Part shown: positions 29,370-39,397 of the stretch, piece by piece | Position numbering within the stretch: position 1 is the stretch's first letter | Layout: every line of letters begins with the position of its first letter | Origin: Planctomycetota bacterium | Lineage (GTDB): Bacteria > Planctomycetota > UBA8108 > SXIK01 | DNA: 64,000 bases | Direction: 5' to 3' | NCBI GenBank assembly: GCA_965223265.1 | Contig: OZ244999.1 | Coordinates: 6,624,001 to 6,688,000, forward strand | The notes under the pieces: generated by a model | The model's input: the letters and a program-made list of their open reading frames with translations, nothing else | Database searches by the model: none | What the model was told of the DNA's origin: nothing | Translations under genes and position numbers: made by a program

Positions 29370-31583
29370 ATGCCCCGCAACGATCGACAACGTTTTCGTC
29401 GCCGGATCAAATCCCCGCTGCCGACCATCGCCATCCTCGCCTGCTTCGCCGTCTTGTCGCCGCCTGCTGCAGCGCAGATCAAGACCTGGAGAGCCGGTGG
29501 ATCCGATCTCTGGTCGCATGGATCGAACTGGACTCCGAGCGGCGTCCCCGAGATCAACGAAGGAGTCGTCATCGACGTTGCGCGCCTCGTACTCCTCGAT
29601 GAAGATTCAGCGGCACTCGCCGGAATCGCGGTCGTCAACGGCGGCGCTCTGGTGACAAACGATTTCGAACTCCAAGTGGATCGAGGCACTGGTGTGACTC
29701 GCGTCCAGCGGAGTGGATCTCAGATTGTCGCGTCGAGAAACTCCAGTCCCAAAGACGCCTCCCTGCGTACGACAATCCTTCAGGTCATGGACGATGGAGC
29801 CTTAACCATGAACGGAGGACGTGCCGTGGTCAACCGCAGCGTGGCACTCGTTCGGCGCGGGCGAATCGACGGCCACGGGACCATGATTGTGCGCGGGGAC
29901 CAGGTCTCAAAGCTCTCAAACGCTGGGCTGATCGTCTCCCGAGACGGTCGCCTGGAGATCGTCTCGGAAGGTGAAGGCAGTTTCGATCTCGACGCCGGCG
30001 GCGAAGGGAGTCTGCAGGTTACGACCGGTTCAGAGCTCGTCATCAGCAGCGACGTGCGCGACACGTTTGGGAGCTCGATCCACATCGCTGGGGACGCCCT
30101 GCTCAGGATTGACGCCGGTCTGAAGCTCACCGGCTTCGATCCAGGTCAATTGATCTTCGAGGCAGGCGACGAGGTCGCTCGCCTCGAAGGTGGACACTAC
30201 GTCAGCCACGGTGAGGTCCTAGTTCGTAGCGGCACCGTGCACCTCGACGTCGCGTCCTTCATCAACGAATCTGGGGGCAGCATAGACGTCGACGCAGAGA
30301 CAGAAATGTTTCTCGGCACAACGCTGGAACAACGAGGTACGCTCACGCTCACGGGTGGTACGGTGTCAGGAAACCAAATTGTCAACAGCGGCGAGATCAT
30401 GGGCTACGGGCGCATCCTGACCGTCGATATCGACAATAACGGCACGCTGTCAGGTCGAGGTGGTCGGCTGATCATCGACACGGCAGCACGATTTCCAGAT
30501 ATCGACGGATCGCAGGCTGGCGGCCGGATCAACGCCATCAAAGGTGACGTCGAAGTGAGTTTTCCTGCCGACAGCGCCGCTGTCTTCTCGGGTCACCTGC
30601 GTGTGTCGAACGGGAACACGTTCTTCGTGGGTGGCCACACGGTTCTTCTTGGGGAGAGAGCAACGGCGCGTTTCGCGGGCGGCAATTTCGTCGGCGGCGG
30701 TCTCACTCAGAACCCGGGCTCTGGCCCGATCATCGTCGAGGGGGACGCCGAATCGAAAATCGACTCACGCGCCCTCAGCCTACTCAACGAGTCGGTAAAG
30801 CTGGGGGCACCCCTGCGCTTGCTGGGCCGCACCGCGATCAGTGGGTCGGCTCAGATCACGGGAGCCGGTGGGTTGATCATCGATCGAGCTGGGGTGGTGG
30901 AGACGCGGGACGGCGCCGTTATCAGCACCGCCCTCGCAAACGAAGGGGAACTTACTGTCGGCCATGAAATCGACGGACCGAGCCTCTTGACGATCGATCA
31001 GTACTTGCACACCGGACGGCTGAGACTTGACTTCGCGCGAGCGGAGAAGGGGGGCTACGACCGCGTCCTCGTGATGGGCAACGTCAAGCTGGACGGGGGA
31101 ACGCTGGAAATCAACTTCGTCGACGGATATCGCCCGCAGCCCGGCGACGCTTTCGCTGTCATGACGGCGGTTGGCTCGATCGAAGGCGGATTCACAACGC
31201 TCGACATCCCCGAGCTCGGCGACGCTCTGCACGCACGCGTAGACGTCGAGGTCAGCGGCGTCACCGTGGTCTTCACCAGCGAGCTTGGCGAGGCAGGCTT
31301 CCAGCGTCCGGGCGACTGCAATCAAGATGGCGAGCTCGATCTCTCCGACCCTCTCTGCACTCTCAGGCACCTCTTTCAGGCGACTTCAGACCCGGCGCCG
31401 TGCGACGGGGGTGCCTTCGGCGCCGGCACGACAACCCTACTCGACAACAACGGCGACGGCAGCGTCGATCTCTCTGACGCCGTCTACATGCTGTCGTTTC
31501 TTTTCACCTCCGGTGCCGAGCCAGTTCTCGGCGGATTCAAATGCGTCAGGATCTCGGGCTGTCCGAACGCATGCCCACTTTAG
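29370..31583 (+). CDS. Secreted beta-helix/autotransporter-passenger-like protein with C-terminal dockerin-like domain
   Basis: Signal peptide; WSHGSNWTPSGVP; Gly-rich beta repeats; GDCNQDGELDLSD ... DNNGDGSVDLSD duplicated Ca-binding motif. Confidence 0.8.
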   Translation: MPRNDRQRFRRRIKSPLPTIAILACFAVLSPPAAAQIKTWRAGGSDLWSHGSNWTPSGVPEINEGVVIDVARLVLLDEDSAALAGIAVVNGGALVTNDFELQVDRGTGVTRVQRSGSQIVASRNSSPKDASLRTTILQVMDDGALTMNGGRAVVNRSVALVRRGRIDGHGTMIVRGDQVSKLSNAGLIVSRDGRLEIVSEGEGSFDLDAGGEGSLQVTTGSELVISSDVRDTFGSSIHIAGDALLRIDAGLKLTGFDPGQLIFEAGDEVARLEGGHYVSHGEVLVRSGTVHLDVASFINESGGSIDVDAETEMFLGTTLEQRGTLTLTGGTVSGNQIVNSGEIMGYGRILTVDIDNNGTLSGRGGRLIIDTAARFPDIDGSQAGGRINAIKGDVEVSFPADSAAVFSGHLRVSNGNTFFVGGHTVLLGERATARFAGGNFVGGGLTQNPGSGPIIVEGDAESKIDSRALSLLNESVKLGAPLRLLGRTAISGSAQITGAGGLIIDRAGVVETRDGAVISTALANEGELTVGHEIDGPSLLTIDQYLHTGRLRLDFARAEKGGYDRVLVMGNVKLDGGTLEINFVDGYRPQPGDAFAVMTAVGSIEGGFTTLDIPELGDALHARVDVEVSGVTVVFTSELGEAGFQRPGDCNQDGELDLSDPLCTLRHLFQATSDPAPCDGGAFGAGTTTLLDNNGDGSVDLSDAVYMLSFLFTSGAEPVLGGFKCVRISGCPNACPL

Positions 31584-31742
31584 CGCCGCGCTGAGTAGAA
31601 GACTCCTTAGACTGAACACACTTCGCCGATCACGGCAGGCGACGGCCATCGAGCCGATGCCTGCCGTGTCGTTTGCGTAGCAGAAACCGTGACGTTATTC
31701 TGTCTGCCGCCAATTCCATTGACACGAAGGACGAATCGAGCG

Positions 31743-32453
31743 ATGCACAAACTAGCTGAAGTGATGAAGGAGCTTTCGAGGCACGGCAGCGAGACAGTCA
31801 GGAAGACTCTCAGACGACACGGCGCTTCCGAACACATCCTTGGTGTCAAGATCGCGGATCTTAAGGTCATTGCCAAAGAAATCAAAGGCAATCAAGATCT
31901 CGCGATGGAGCTCTACCGAACCGGAATCGGAGACGCCCAATACCTTGCCGGTCTGGTGGCTGACGGTCGCGTCATGTCGAGGAAAGAACTAGAGTCATGG
32001 GCTGCTGTGGCGGACTGGCACATGATCTCAGGGTACACGGTGCCGTGGGTTGCATCGGAGAGTTCCTACGCTCGGAGCCTCGCCATGAAATGGATTCGGT
32101 CACGCAAAGAGACCCTCAAAGTGAGTGGCTGGAGCACATACGCAGGCATCGTAACCACTCAGGAGGACGACGAACTGGATCTCGACGAAATCAGGTCGCT
32201 GCTGCAGCGAGTTGAGACGGACATCTCGAAGGTTCCCAACCGAGTCCGCTACTGCATGAACGCGTTCGTTATTGCTGTAGGAAGTTACGTCAAGCCGCTC
32301 TCCAAGACGGCAAAGGCGACCGCCAAAAGGCTCGGCAAAGTCAAGAGCGACAAGGCAGAGACTGCGTGCGAGATACCTGTCGCGCTCGACTACATCGAGA
32401 AGATCGAGAAGAGAGGCAGCGCGTTCAAGAAACGCCGGACGATTCGCTGCTGA
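31743..32453 (+). CDS. DNA alkylation repair protein (AlkD-like HEAT family)
   Basis: GVKIADLK, LAMELYRTG, RVRYCMN, C-terminal KKRRTIRC typical of the family. Confidence 0.8.
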   Translation: MHKLAEVMKELSRHGSETVRKTLRRHGASEHILGVKIADLKVIAKEIKGNQDLAMELYRTGIGDAQYLAGLVADGRVMSRKELESWAAVADWHMISGYTVPWVASESSYARSLAMKWIRSRKETLKVSGWSTYAGIVTTQEDDELDLDEIRSLLQRVETDISKVPNRVRYCMNAFVIAVGSYVKPLSKTAKATAKRLGKVKSDKAETACEIPVALDYIEKIEKRGSAFKKRRTIRC

Positions 32454-32459
32454 CGCTTA

Positions 32460-32643
32460 CCAGCCTGCCTCAAAAAGTGCTTCGAGCCGAAAACTGGTCT
32501 CTTCGCGTCCAGATCGGCTGCGGCAAACGCAGACAATCTTCGGGCCCCCTTCTCTTTCGATTCTGATGGCGAGTATTGACGCGGCCCGTCTGGGCGTGAA
32601 GAGGCCAGTTTCTTCGGCCGAATGACTTTTTCAGGCGGGCTGG
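32460..32643. repeat. MITE-like foldback repeat, copy 2 (184 bp)
   Basis: CCAGCCTGCCTCAAAAAGT ... ACTTTTTCAGGCGGGCTGG with TA on both sides; lies between convergent genes. Confidence 0.88.
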
Positions 32644-32694
32644 TACGCAAACCTGAGATCGAGAGGATGCGCCTACGCCGAACGAGCGCCAGTT

Positions 32695-34023
32695 TCACTC
32701 CGGACGACCTCCCCAGTCCGGCGGCGGAACCGTCTGGAGTTTGCGTCGCTGCGGGAGCGGTTGAAGCGCTCCCGATCCGTAGGGCGGCTGGACGCGCGAC
32801 GCGCAGGCAGCAACTTGCCGCAGTCGGTCGACATCACCAAGCCTCTCCGGCGCCAAGGGCGCGCGAACGATGCTCTCGGCGAGCTCCAAACATTCGTCGT
32901 CACCGCTCCCCCCCCACTCGAGGAGACTCTGCCCACCGGTTGCGGCGGCGAGGCGCGACCAGCGCGGATCGCTGCGCTCGCAGATCTGCGTGACAACGTC
33001 CGGCACAAGCTGCGGTGTGCATGTCAAGGCGATCTCGTGCAGCCAAAGCATCTGGCCGGGATGCGGCGTCTCAAGCTGATGGAGTACCTCCGAGGACAGA
33101 TCGTCAACCGAGTGTGCCACGAGGAGGCCGGAAACGTCGACCGCGTCCGATCGCCATTCTACGAGTGGCAAGTCAAGCATGCTAGCGGTCGCCCGAGCTA
33201 AGACCTGGCTCGAACGGCCGCCTAACGCGACGATCCGATCGGGGCTCCACTCCCACGCAGAGAGCACCTCGCGCACCCCAACGATGCCAAACTTATACGT
33301 CGCAGCGCTTTCAGCCGCAGTCGCCCGTCTCGCGTTCGCTGCGGTGTCACTTGCCGACTTCTGGAGGAGGATCGAACCGGTGTAACGAAAATGCCAGGCG
33401 CGGGCTTCGCTGAGATCCAACGCGCCACTTTGCAGAGCCGACGAACGAGCCAGCACTCCCCGAAGAAAGTCCACTTCGTCGTGCGGTCGTCCGGTTGACT
33501 CCACGACGGCCAATGCCTGCCGCAAGACGCCGAAATCTCCCGCATGCGCAGCGCTCCGGGCGAGCTGGAGTGCGAGGGAATCGGGTGGCGGGCCCGAGCT
33601 TCGCGCCTTGCTCCAGGCCGCGATGGCGTCACTGTGACGCCCGACCTCCGCGAGGGCGTGGATCAGGTTCTCGAGGACGTCACTCCGCTGCGGGGCGAGC
33701 TGCAGCGCGTGCGTCAGAAGAGTTGCCGCCGGAGCCGTGAGTGTCTGCTCAGTGAGGCGCTGAGCAACGTCCAGAAGCAAGTCCACATCGCCTGCCGTTG
33801 TCGCGACGCGGCGCACGCGTGCTGCGAATTCCTGGCCAGCAATGCCACCGAGCACATGAGCAAACGAATCCCAGATCACACGCCATTCAGACGGTTGCTC
33901 AATCTCGACGCAGGCCTCAAAGAGGTCCCCCATGAGCTGCAATGCTCCGAGAGCGTCTCCCTGGTAATGCGCGGCCAGCGCCGTCCTGCATTGCGAGTAG
34001 ACGTCGACATTGCCCGGGGTCAT
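32695..34023 (-). CDS. TPR-like hypothetical protein
   Basis: Helical repeats (ALQLAPQRSDVLENLIHALAEVGRHSDAIAAW); ATG overlaps the upstream gene's stop (ATGA). Confidence 0.7.
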   Translation of the reverse strand: MTPGNVDVYSQCRTALAAHYQGDALGALQLMGDLFEACVEIEQPSEWRVIWDSFAHVLGGIAGQEFAARVRRVATTAGDVDLLLDVAQRLTEQTLTAPAATLLTHALQLAPQRSDVLENLIHALAEVGRHSDAIAAWSKARSSGPPPDSLALQLARSAAHAGDFGVLRQALAVVESTGRPHDEVDFLRGVLARSSALQSGALDLSEARAWHFRYTGSILLQKSASDTAANARRATAAESAATYKFGIVGVREVLSAWEWSPDRIVALGGRSSQVLARATASMLDLPLVEWRSDAVDVSGLLVAHSVDDLSSEVLHQLETPHPGQMLWLHEIALTCTPQLVPDVVTQICERSDPRWSRLAAATGGQSLLEWGGSGDDECLELAESIVRAPLAPERLGDVDRLRQVAACASRVQPPYGSGALQPLPQRRKLQTVPPPDWGGRPE

Positions 34024-35420
34024 AGAGACTCTGCGGCCGCTGCGGGTAGCTGCCTGTTGATCTCGCTGCGCCGATACCCGAAGCCAGGACCAGCTATGGA
34101 AGAAAGGTCAAGTCGACCGCCGCGGCGCTGGTAGAGCCCAGGGTGGATCGCAGCCTCGATCGTGGAAGCGTCTGGATAAAACTGCATGCAGTTCGTCTCG
34201 ACACCCATGATCGTTCCTGCATACGCTGCTAGCAGCACATGCGTCACTTGTGCCAGCATGGGATTGGTTAGATCCTGCACCATGAGCGTCATGCCGTGTG
34301 CTTTCGCCCAAGAAAGCGCCAGGAGCGCACCCGTCTGTGTCTTGCACGTCTTGAGCGCAACCCCGGTCCAGCCCAGCTGTCGCCCGAGGCGCACAAGCTT
34401 CCAGTCGTGCGCGCTCTCGTCCATGAAGAGTGGTTTGCGCGCAGAGCAGCTGTGGACATCGATACGGTTGGCTTCAAGCTCGTAGGGAAACGGCTGCTCC
34501 ACGTACAGAATCATCGCGTAGAGGCGTGGCTCTTCCACCAAAAGTCGATCGAGGATTTGGTTGACGTAGCTAGGATCGGTCACCGTGCAGTTGAAGTCAG
34601 TCGAGAGCCAATCGACGGAGTGCTCGATGGCGATGCGGCCAACTCGCAGCAAGCGGTCGTAGTCCCAGCCAGCATCGGTTCCTGTCAGTTTCACCTTCAG
34701 ACATTTGAGACCGTCCCGCTTGATCCAGTCGGAAAGCACGACCGGATAGTCGTCCTTCGGCTCGGCGCCCGTTCGTTCGTCGTCGCTGAGCAAATCCTTC
34801 CCGCCGACAAGATGCCATGCGGGAAGCTGGCGAGGCGGATGCGGCACCAAAAAGTCCTGTGGATACCGGCCACGAAATGTGACCCCGCTGCGGTCTGCAG
34901 GAGTGAGAAAGTCGCTTAGGTCACAGCTCATGAACTGCCCGTTGTATGTTTCGTACACAGGAGTGTCGTTGAGTTCGCCGAAGGCATCGTGCAGCGCGAG
35001 ATCGAACGCTGAGCAACAGACGAGCGCAGCGAGCCACGGCATCGGACCGTCATCGAGCGTAGCGTTGAAGCGTTCAAGCCGGCTGGGCAGCTCCGTGGCC
35101 ACGAACGATGCGCCAACTTCCAAGGGATGCCCGCGCTCGGAAAACGCCGGCCAGGCGTCGACCAGTTCGCAACAGAACGCCTTGAGCGCCGCGTGACGCG
35201 GCTCGTAGGGTGCGGAACTCGGCCAAACCCACTGCACGCTCAAGGGCGTTTCGCCCCAACCGGCAGCACTCTTCCCGGCAGCATTCTCGACCACCAGCCG
35301 CACGCGAGCGCAGGTGACGAACGTCAAGGTCTCAGGGCCAAACTTGAGCGGTGTGCGCGTCTCGATCGGAAAGAAGTAGAGCGACGCAGCCTTGACGCGC
35401 ACGTCGGTCGATTTCGACAT
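34020..35420 (-). CDS. Enolase-superfamily (mandelate racemase/muconate lactonizing-like) protein
   Basis: LKVKL, DFNCT, VEQP, MDESAH, ALKTCK motifs. Confidence 0.85.
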   Translation of the reverse strand: MSKSTDVRVKAASLYFFPIETRTPLKFGPETLTFVTCARVRLVVENAAGKSAAGWGETPLSVQWVWPSSAPYEPRHAALKAFCCELVDAWPAFSERGHPLEVGASFVATELPSRLERFNATLDDGPMPWLAALVCCSAFDLALHDAFGELNDTPVYETYNGQFMSCDLSDFLTPADRSGVTFRGRYPQDFLVPHPPRQLPAWHLVGGKDLLSDDERTGAEPKDDYPVVLSDWIKRDGLKCLKVKLTGTDAGWDYDRLLRVGRIAIEHSVDWLSTDFNCTVTDPSYVNQILDRLLVEEPRLYAMILYVEQPFPYELEANRIDVHSCSARKPLFMDESAHDWKLVRLGRQLGWTGVALKTCKTQTGALLALSWAKAHGMTLMVQDLTNPMLAQVTHVLLAAYAGTIMGVETNCMQFYPDASTIEAAIHPGLYQRRGGRLDLSSIAGPGFGYRRSEINRQLPAAAAESL

Positions 35421-35465
35421 GAGTGAATCCTCGAACTATCGCGCTTCTCGTCGGTCGCGTCGCCG

Positions 35466-35963
35466 CTATTCGCCTGGGCTGCGCGTGTGGAGCTTCGCGG
35501 TGCCGACTTGCGCTCCCTTTTTCTGTCGGAGACGGCCCTGCCGTGTTCGAATCTTTCTCTGCAGTGCGCGCAGCCAACTCTGCTGGTTGGCCTCCAGAGC
35601 GTGGCTGACGAGGACTTCCAGTCGAGAGAGTACCTCAATGTCGAGCACGTGCTCGAGTCGGCACACTTCTACCTTGGCGGCTTCCTTCTCCATCGCGAGT
35701 ACGTCGACCAGTAGCCCCATCAAACAATCATCGCGCCGCACAACGGCTTCGGCAGCGCGTGCACCTGCAGGCGTGATCTCCACCTTGCCGTAAGCTTGGT
35801 GGCGCACGAATCCACGCTCAGCGAGCTTACCTACCGCGCGCGTGACGCTCGGCAACTTGACGCCACACGCAGCCGCAATCTCACGCACGCGCACCGGCCC
35901 ATCCTCAGAGAGCCGTAGAATGTGTTCGAGATAGTTTTCCTGACTCGGGGTGAGCTCGGCCAT
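35466..35963 (-). CDS. DtxR/MntR-family metal-dependent transcriptional regulator
   Basis: LTPSQENYLEHI, HTH PSVTRAVGKL, EVCRLEH; ATG at 35963. Confidence 0.9.
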   Translation of the reverse strand: MAELTPSQENYLEHILRLSEDGPVRVREIAAACGVKLPSVTRAVGKLAERGFVRHQAYGKVEITPAGARAAEAVVRRDDCLMGLLVDVLAMEKEAAKVEVCRLEHVLDIEVLSRLEVLVSHALEANQQSWLRALQRKIRTRQGRLRQKKGAQVGTAKLHTRSPGE

Positions 35964-36196
35964 GAGGGCTAGCGTCTGTTGAAGGGAGTCGTTCAGGCCG
36001 AAGAATGCCGGCCATTTCACGCCGGTCCCGGAGATGTCGAGGCCAGAACGACTCGGGCACGACCCACCGCGACCGCGGCAGAGGCAGACGTGAAGCTCGA
36101 CTCCTACCGCTCACCGCAGGGCCAAACAGTCGTTCTTCGCGCGCCCAGGTTGATCCAAATGCAGCAAGAAATCGAAAGGGACCGTAAGTCTTGGGG

Positions 36197-36224
36197 TTGA
36201 CTTGTAACTGATTCCGGTTAGATT
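36197..36224 (+). promoter_or_regulatory. Putative sigma70 promoter for the porin operon or leader RNA
   Basis: TTGACT-N16-TAGATT in AT-rich intergenic DNA. Confidence 0.45.
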
Positions 36225-36239
36225 GAAAAGGATCAATTG

Positions 36240-36425
36240 TTAGCCATCGCTAAGATTTTCACCAAAGACAGCGGTTGACGGTCTCAAGCCGTCGTCTTTT
36301 TTTCGGCCACTACTTAGCTCAGGCTAACTTTTTTCCGACCGGAGGGTGCTATTCGTTCGGCTCGCGCCGACGCAATTCACTCGAGTTCGGTAGTTCCTTC
36401 TTCCTCGAAAGTTAGCTGAGGCTAA
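36240..36425. promoter_or_regulatory. Three palindromic TTAGC-N4-GCTAA boxes, putative DtxR/MntR operators
   Basis: TTAGCCATCGCTAA 36240-36253, TTAGCTCAGGCTAA 36314-36327, TTAGCTGAGGCTAA 36412-36425. Confidence 0.75.
36264..36303 (+). terminator. Intrinsic terminator-like hairpin in the leader region
   Basis: AAAGAC-AGCGGTTGA-CGGTC-TCAAGCCGTC-GTCTTT followed by a T-run. Confidence 0.55.
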
Positions 36426-36441
36426 TAAATTGTTGGCAACC

Positions 36442-37749
36442 ATGCGCGCCACGACAGCCCTACTCTTTGTGATCGTCTTCACCCACACACTCCGCGGCGG
36501 CGACACCCGTCAGTCCGAACAAGATCTAACTCATGCTTCAGGCCTAGCCGAAGATCCAGGTGAAGACACCACCTCCGGTTCGATTTCAGACGGAGCCTCT
36601 TCGCTCTCGCCTGGTTCCATCCGCGGCCTCTACGACAAGCCCTTCCTGAGCGATCTCTGGCGCCGCTCTTCGTTCGGTGGTTACACCGAGCTCGAATACC
36701 ACTCATTCGAAGATGGGATTCTTGGGATTCCGGAAGGGTTTCGCATGCACCGCACGAATCTCTTCTTCTTCACGGACATATCAGATCGCGTCCGTTTCGG
36801 ATCTGAGATCGAGTTCGAGAGTGAGTTTGAGATCGATGGTCCATCGCGCGAAATCGAAACCAATGTCGAGCTCGCTATGGTCGACTGGACCGTCTACGAA
36901 GAGTTCGTCATTCGTGGTGGCGCCCTTCTCGTTCCACTCGGACGCGTCAATGTCAATCACGACGGCCCCGTGCGCTTTCTCACAGAACGCCCTCTGGTGT
37001 CTACATTCGTGATTCCGACGACACTCACCGAGCCCGGAATCGGAGCCCATGGCACCCTTGCCGTCACCGATAATCTCGACGTTGGATACGAAGCCTACGC
37101 AGTCAATGGCTTCAATCTTCTCAAGTCGAGCGGTGAGCTAGCCACTGATGTCACAGAGCGCGAGCAGCTGCTACGTGAGGGACGCACGTCAATCGGCGGC
37201 GACGTCAACGGCGGTATTGCCGGCACCGGTCGAGTCGCGTTGAGCGGGGCTGACCTCTTCGAAATCGGCGGCTCATGGCACGTCGGCTCGTACGACGAAC
37301 GCTCTGACAACCTCTTGGCGATTGTCGCAGCGGACTGTGCCTTGGCCTATGAAATCGATGGCTGGGAATTCGGCTTCGAAGGAGAAGTCGCCTACGACGA
37401 TTTCGAACGCAACGCTTTCGCCAAGGCGGCTGGAGTTCCGGATCGCTTCTGGGGTTACTACGCGCAGCTGTCGGTCGGTTTCATGCCCGAACCGCTGGCA
37501 GAAAGTCTACCAATGCTCTTCGGTGCCCCAGGCTCCAAGTTCGTCCTCGGTCTCCGTTATGACTGGATCGACCTCGATGGCGACCGCGGCGAGTCGATCG
37601 AACCAGGGCTCAACTTCTTGCCGTCGCCCGACACAGTCCTCAAGTTCTCTTATCGGTTCACCCAGAATAGTTTTGGGCTCCGCGACGTCCCTGGACGTGA
37701 GGAGTTCGATGACGAGGGGTTCGTGTTTTCTCTGACCACATACTTTTGA
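36442..37749 (+). CDS. Outer-membrane porin-like beta-barrel protein
   Basis: Signal peptide; GGYTELEY, RFGSEIEFE, LVPLGRVNVNH; alternating beta pattern; C-terminal TTYF. Confidence 0.8.
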   Translation: MRATTALLFVIVFTHTLRGGDTRQSEQDLTHASGLAEDPGEDTTSGSISDGASSLSPGSIRGLYDKPFLSDLWRRSSFGGYTELEYHSFEDGILGIPEGFRMHRTNLFFFTDISDRVRFGSEIEFESEFEIDGPSREIETNVELAMVDWTVYEEFVIRGGALLVPLGRVNVNHDGPVRFLTERPLVSTFVIPTTLTEPGIGAHGTLAVTDNLDVGYEAYAVNGFNLLKSSGELATDVTEREQLLREGRTSIGGDVNGGIAGTGRVALSGADLFEIGGSWHVGSYDERSDNLLAIVAADCALAYEIDGWEFGFEGEVAYDDFERNAFAKAAGVPDRFWGYYAQLSVGFMPEPLAESLPMLFGAPGSKFVLGLRYDWIDLDGDRGESIEPGLNFLPSPDTVLKFSYRFTQNSFGLRDVPGREEFDDEGFVFSLTTYF

Positions 37750-37759
37750 TGATTTCCAG

Positions 37760-39397
37760 ATGAACAAATTGGCCCGGTCGCAACAGGTATCGTCGCTCAC
37801 GTCGTCTTCGTGGGCATGCTTCGTGATCGCCGTGCTCCTGACCGGGATCCTTCCGGCATGTAAGGAAGGCGGTCGCAGCGGCAATAGCGTGGGCACGTCA
37901 CTGGCGCCGCCCGCTGAACCAGATCCTCCAGGCGACGTGCCCGGATTTCCACTGATCGACCACGTCGACCAGGCGCTCATCACTTCGGGCACCATCGGAT
38001 TCGATGAACTCTTTCTGCTCGGCGACGAACTCTTTGAAGCGGAGTTCAACGCACTCGACGGCGTCGGCATCGCGCTCCTGCCCGATGGCACTCCGCTTCC
38101 AAGTCGCTTTTCGCGCGTACCGCCAGGCCACGGTCGGTTCACCGGGCCCAACGCGCAGTCGTGCGAAGCTTGCCACAACATCCCTTTCGGCACTGCAGCC
38201 GGGGCGACGGCATCGAACGTCGTTCAAGATCCGGCCGGCGCCGGGATTCCACCGTTCAACACAAGGAATCCGCCGAGCCTGTTCGGTTCTGCAGTTCTGC
38301 AGCGCCTGGCTGAAGAGATCACGGAGGACCTTCTCGCCATTCGCGCCGCGACGGTAGCGGCAGCAACTCCCGGTGGCTCGACCGTGACCAGCCGTCTGCT
38401 GTCAAAGGGCGTCGACTACGGAACAATTTCAGCGCGGCGGGCAGCAGATGGCTCGTTGACCCTCGACGTCGCCAACGTTCGCGGCGTCGACGTCGACCTC
38501 GTCGTGCGCCCGTACGGCTGGAAGGGTAACACTACGACACTACGCGATTTCACCCGCGGTGCCGCGATCAACGAGCTCGGACTGGAGCCGGACGAGTTGA
38601 CTTCCAAGTCGTCGGGGCTCGATCCCGATGGCGACGGTGTCGAAGGGGAACTCTCGGTGGGCGACGTAACCGCCTTGTCGATTTACATAGGCGCGCAAGA
38701 AATCCCGACGACCACCTCGGCTCTCGTCGGTCTCGGCTTTGAATCGCCCGTGAGCGCCAAGCAGGCAGCTGCCATCGAACGCGGCGAGCAGCTGTTTGCG
38801 AGCTTCGGATGTGCGTCGTGCCATATCCCCGAGCTGCGCCTCTTTGACACGCTCTTCGAGGAACCCACACGGCGCGGCGGTGGCAACTTCTTTGACCAAG
38901 AGATTGATGCTGACGCGACCCATCTGACGCCGGAGGCTCCGTTTCGATTCGACCTCGTCCGCCAGGGCGACTTTCCGCGCCTCGAGCCACACCCTGGCGG
39001 CGGTGCGCGCGCCCGACTGTTCGGGGATTTGAAACGTCACAACATGGGTGAGCAGCTCGCCGACGCCCAGCCGACCGCCGTTGTAGCGGCGGACGGTCGG
39101 CCGCTGAGGATCAACGGTAGCGCAGTGGTCGTCGCTGCGTCGACCTTTCTGACCGCCGAGCTGTGGGGCGTGGGTGACACAGGTCCCTGGCTCCACGACG
39201 GACGAGCCGCGACCCTCGATGAGGCTGTCATGCTGCACGGCGTTGACACGCCCCCCGCAGTCGGGGACCCACGTCGAAGCGAGGCGCAGGAGGCACGCAG
39301 CGCGTTCGCCGCCGCCAGTGAGGCCGATCGGGCCGCGCTCGTGTCGTTCCTGTTGAGTTTGCGTCACTTCTCTCTCGGCGGTGCAGACGAAGAGTGA
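37760..39397 (+). CDS. Di-heme oxidoreductase (DHOR)-like lipoprotein
   Basis: Lipobox LPAC; CEACH and CASCH; RNPPSLFG, YGWKG, DLKRHNMG, LWGVG, WLHDGRA. Confidence 0.87.
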   Translation: MNKLARSQQVSSLTSSSWACFVIAVLLTGILPACKEGGRSGNSVGTSLAPPAEPDPPGDVPGFPLIDHVDQALITSGTIGFDELFLLGDELFEAEFNALDGVGIALLPDGTPLPSRFSRVPPGHGRFTGPNAQSCEACHNIPFGTAAGATASNVVQDPAGAGIPPFNTRNPPSLFGSAVLQRLAEEITEDLLAIRAATVAAATPGGSTVTSRLLSKGVDYGTISARRAADGSLTLDVANVRGVDVDLVVRPYGWKGNTTTLRDFTRGAAINELGLEPDELTSKSSGLDPDGDGVEGELSVGDVTALSIYIGAQEIPTTTSALVGLGFESPVSAKQAAAIERGEQLFASFGCASCHIPELRLFDTLFEEPTRRGGGNFFDQEIDADATHLTPEAPFRFDLVRQGDFPRLEPHPGGGARARLFGDLKRHNMGEQLADAQPTAVVAADGRPLRINGSAVVVAASTFLTAELWGVGDTGPWLHDGRAATLDEAVMLHGVDTPPAVGDPRRSEAQEARSAFAAASEADRAALVSFLLSLRHFSLGGADEE

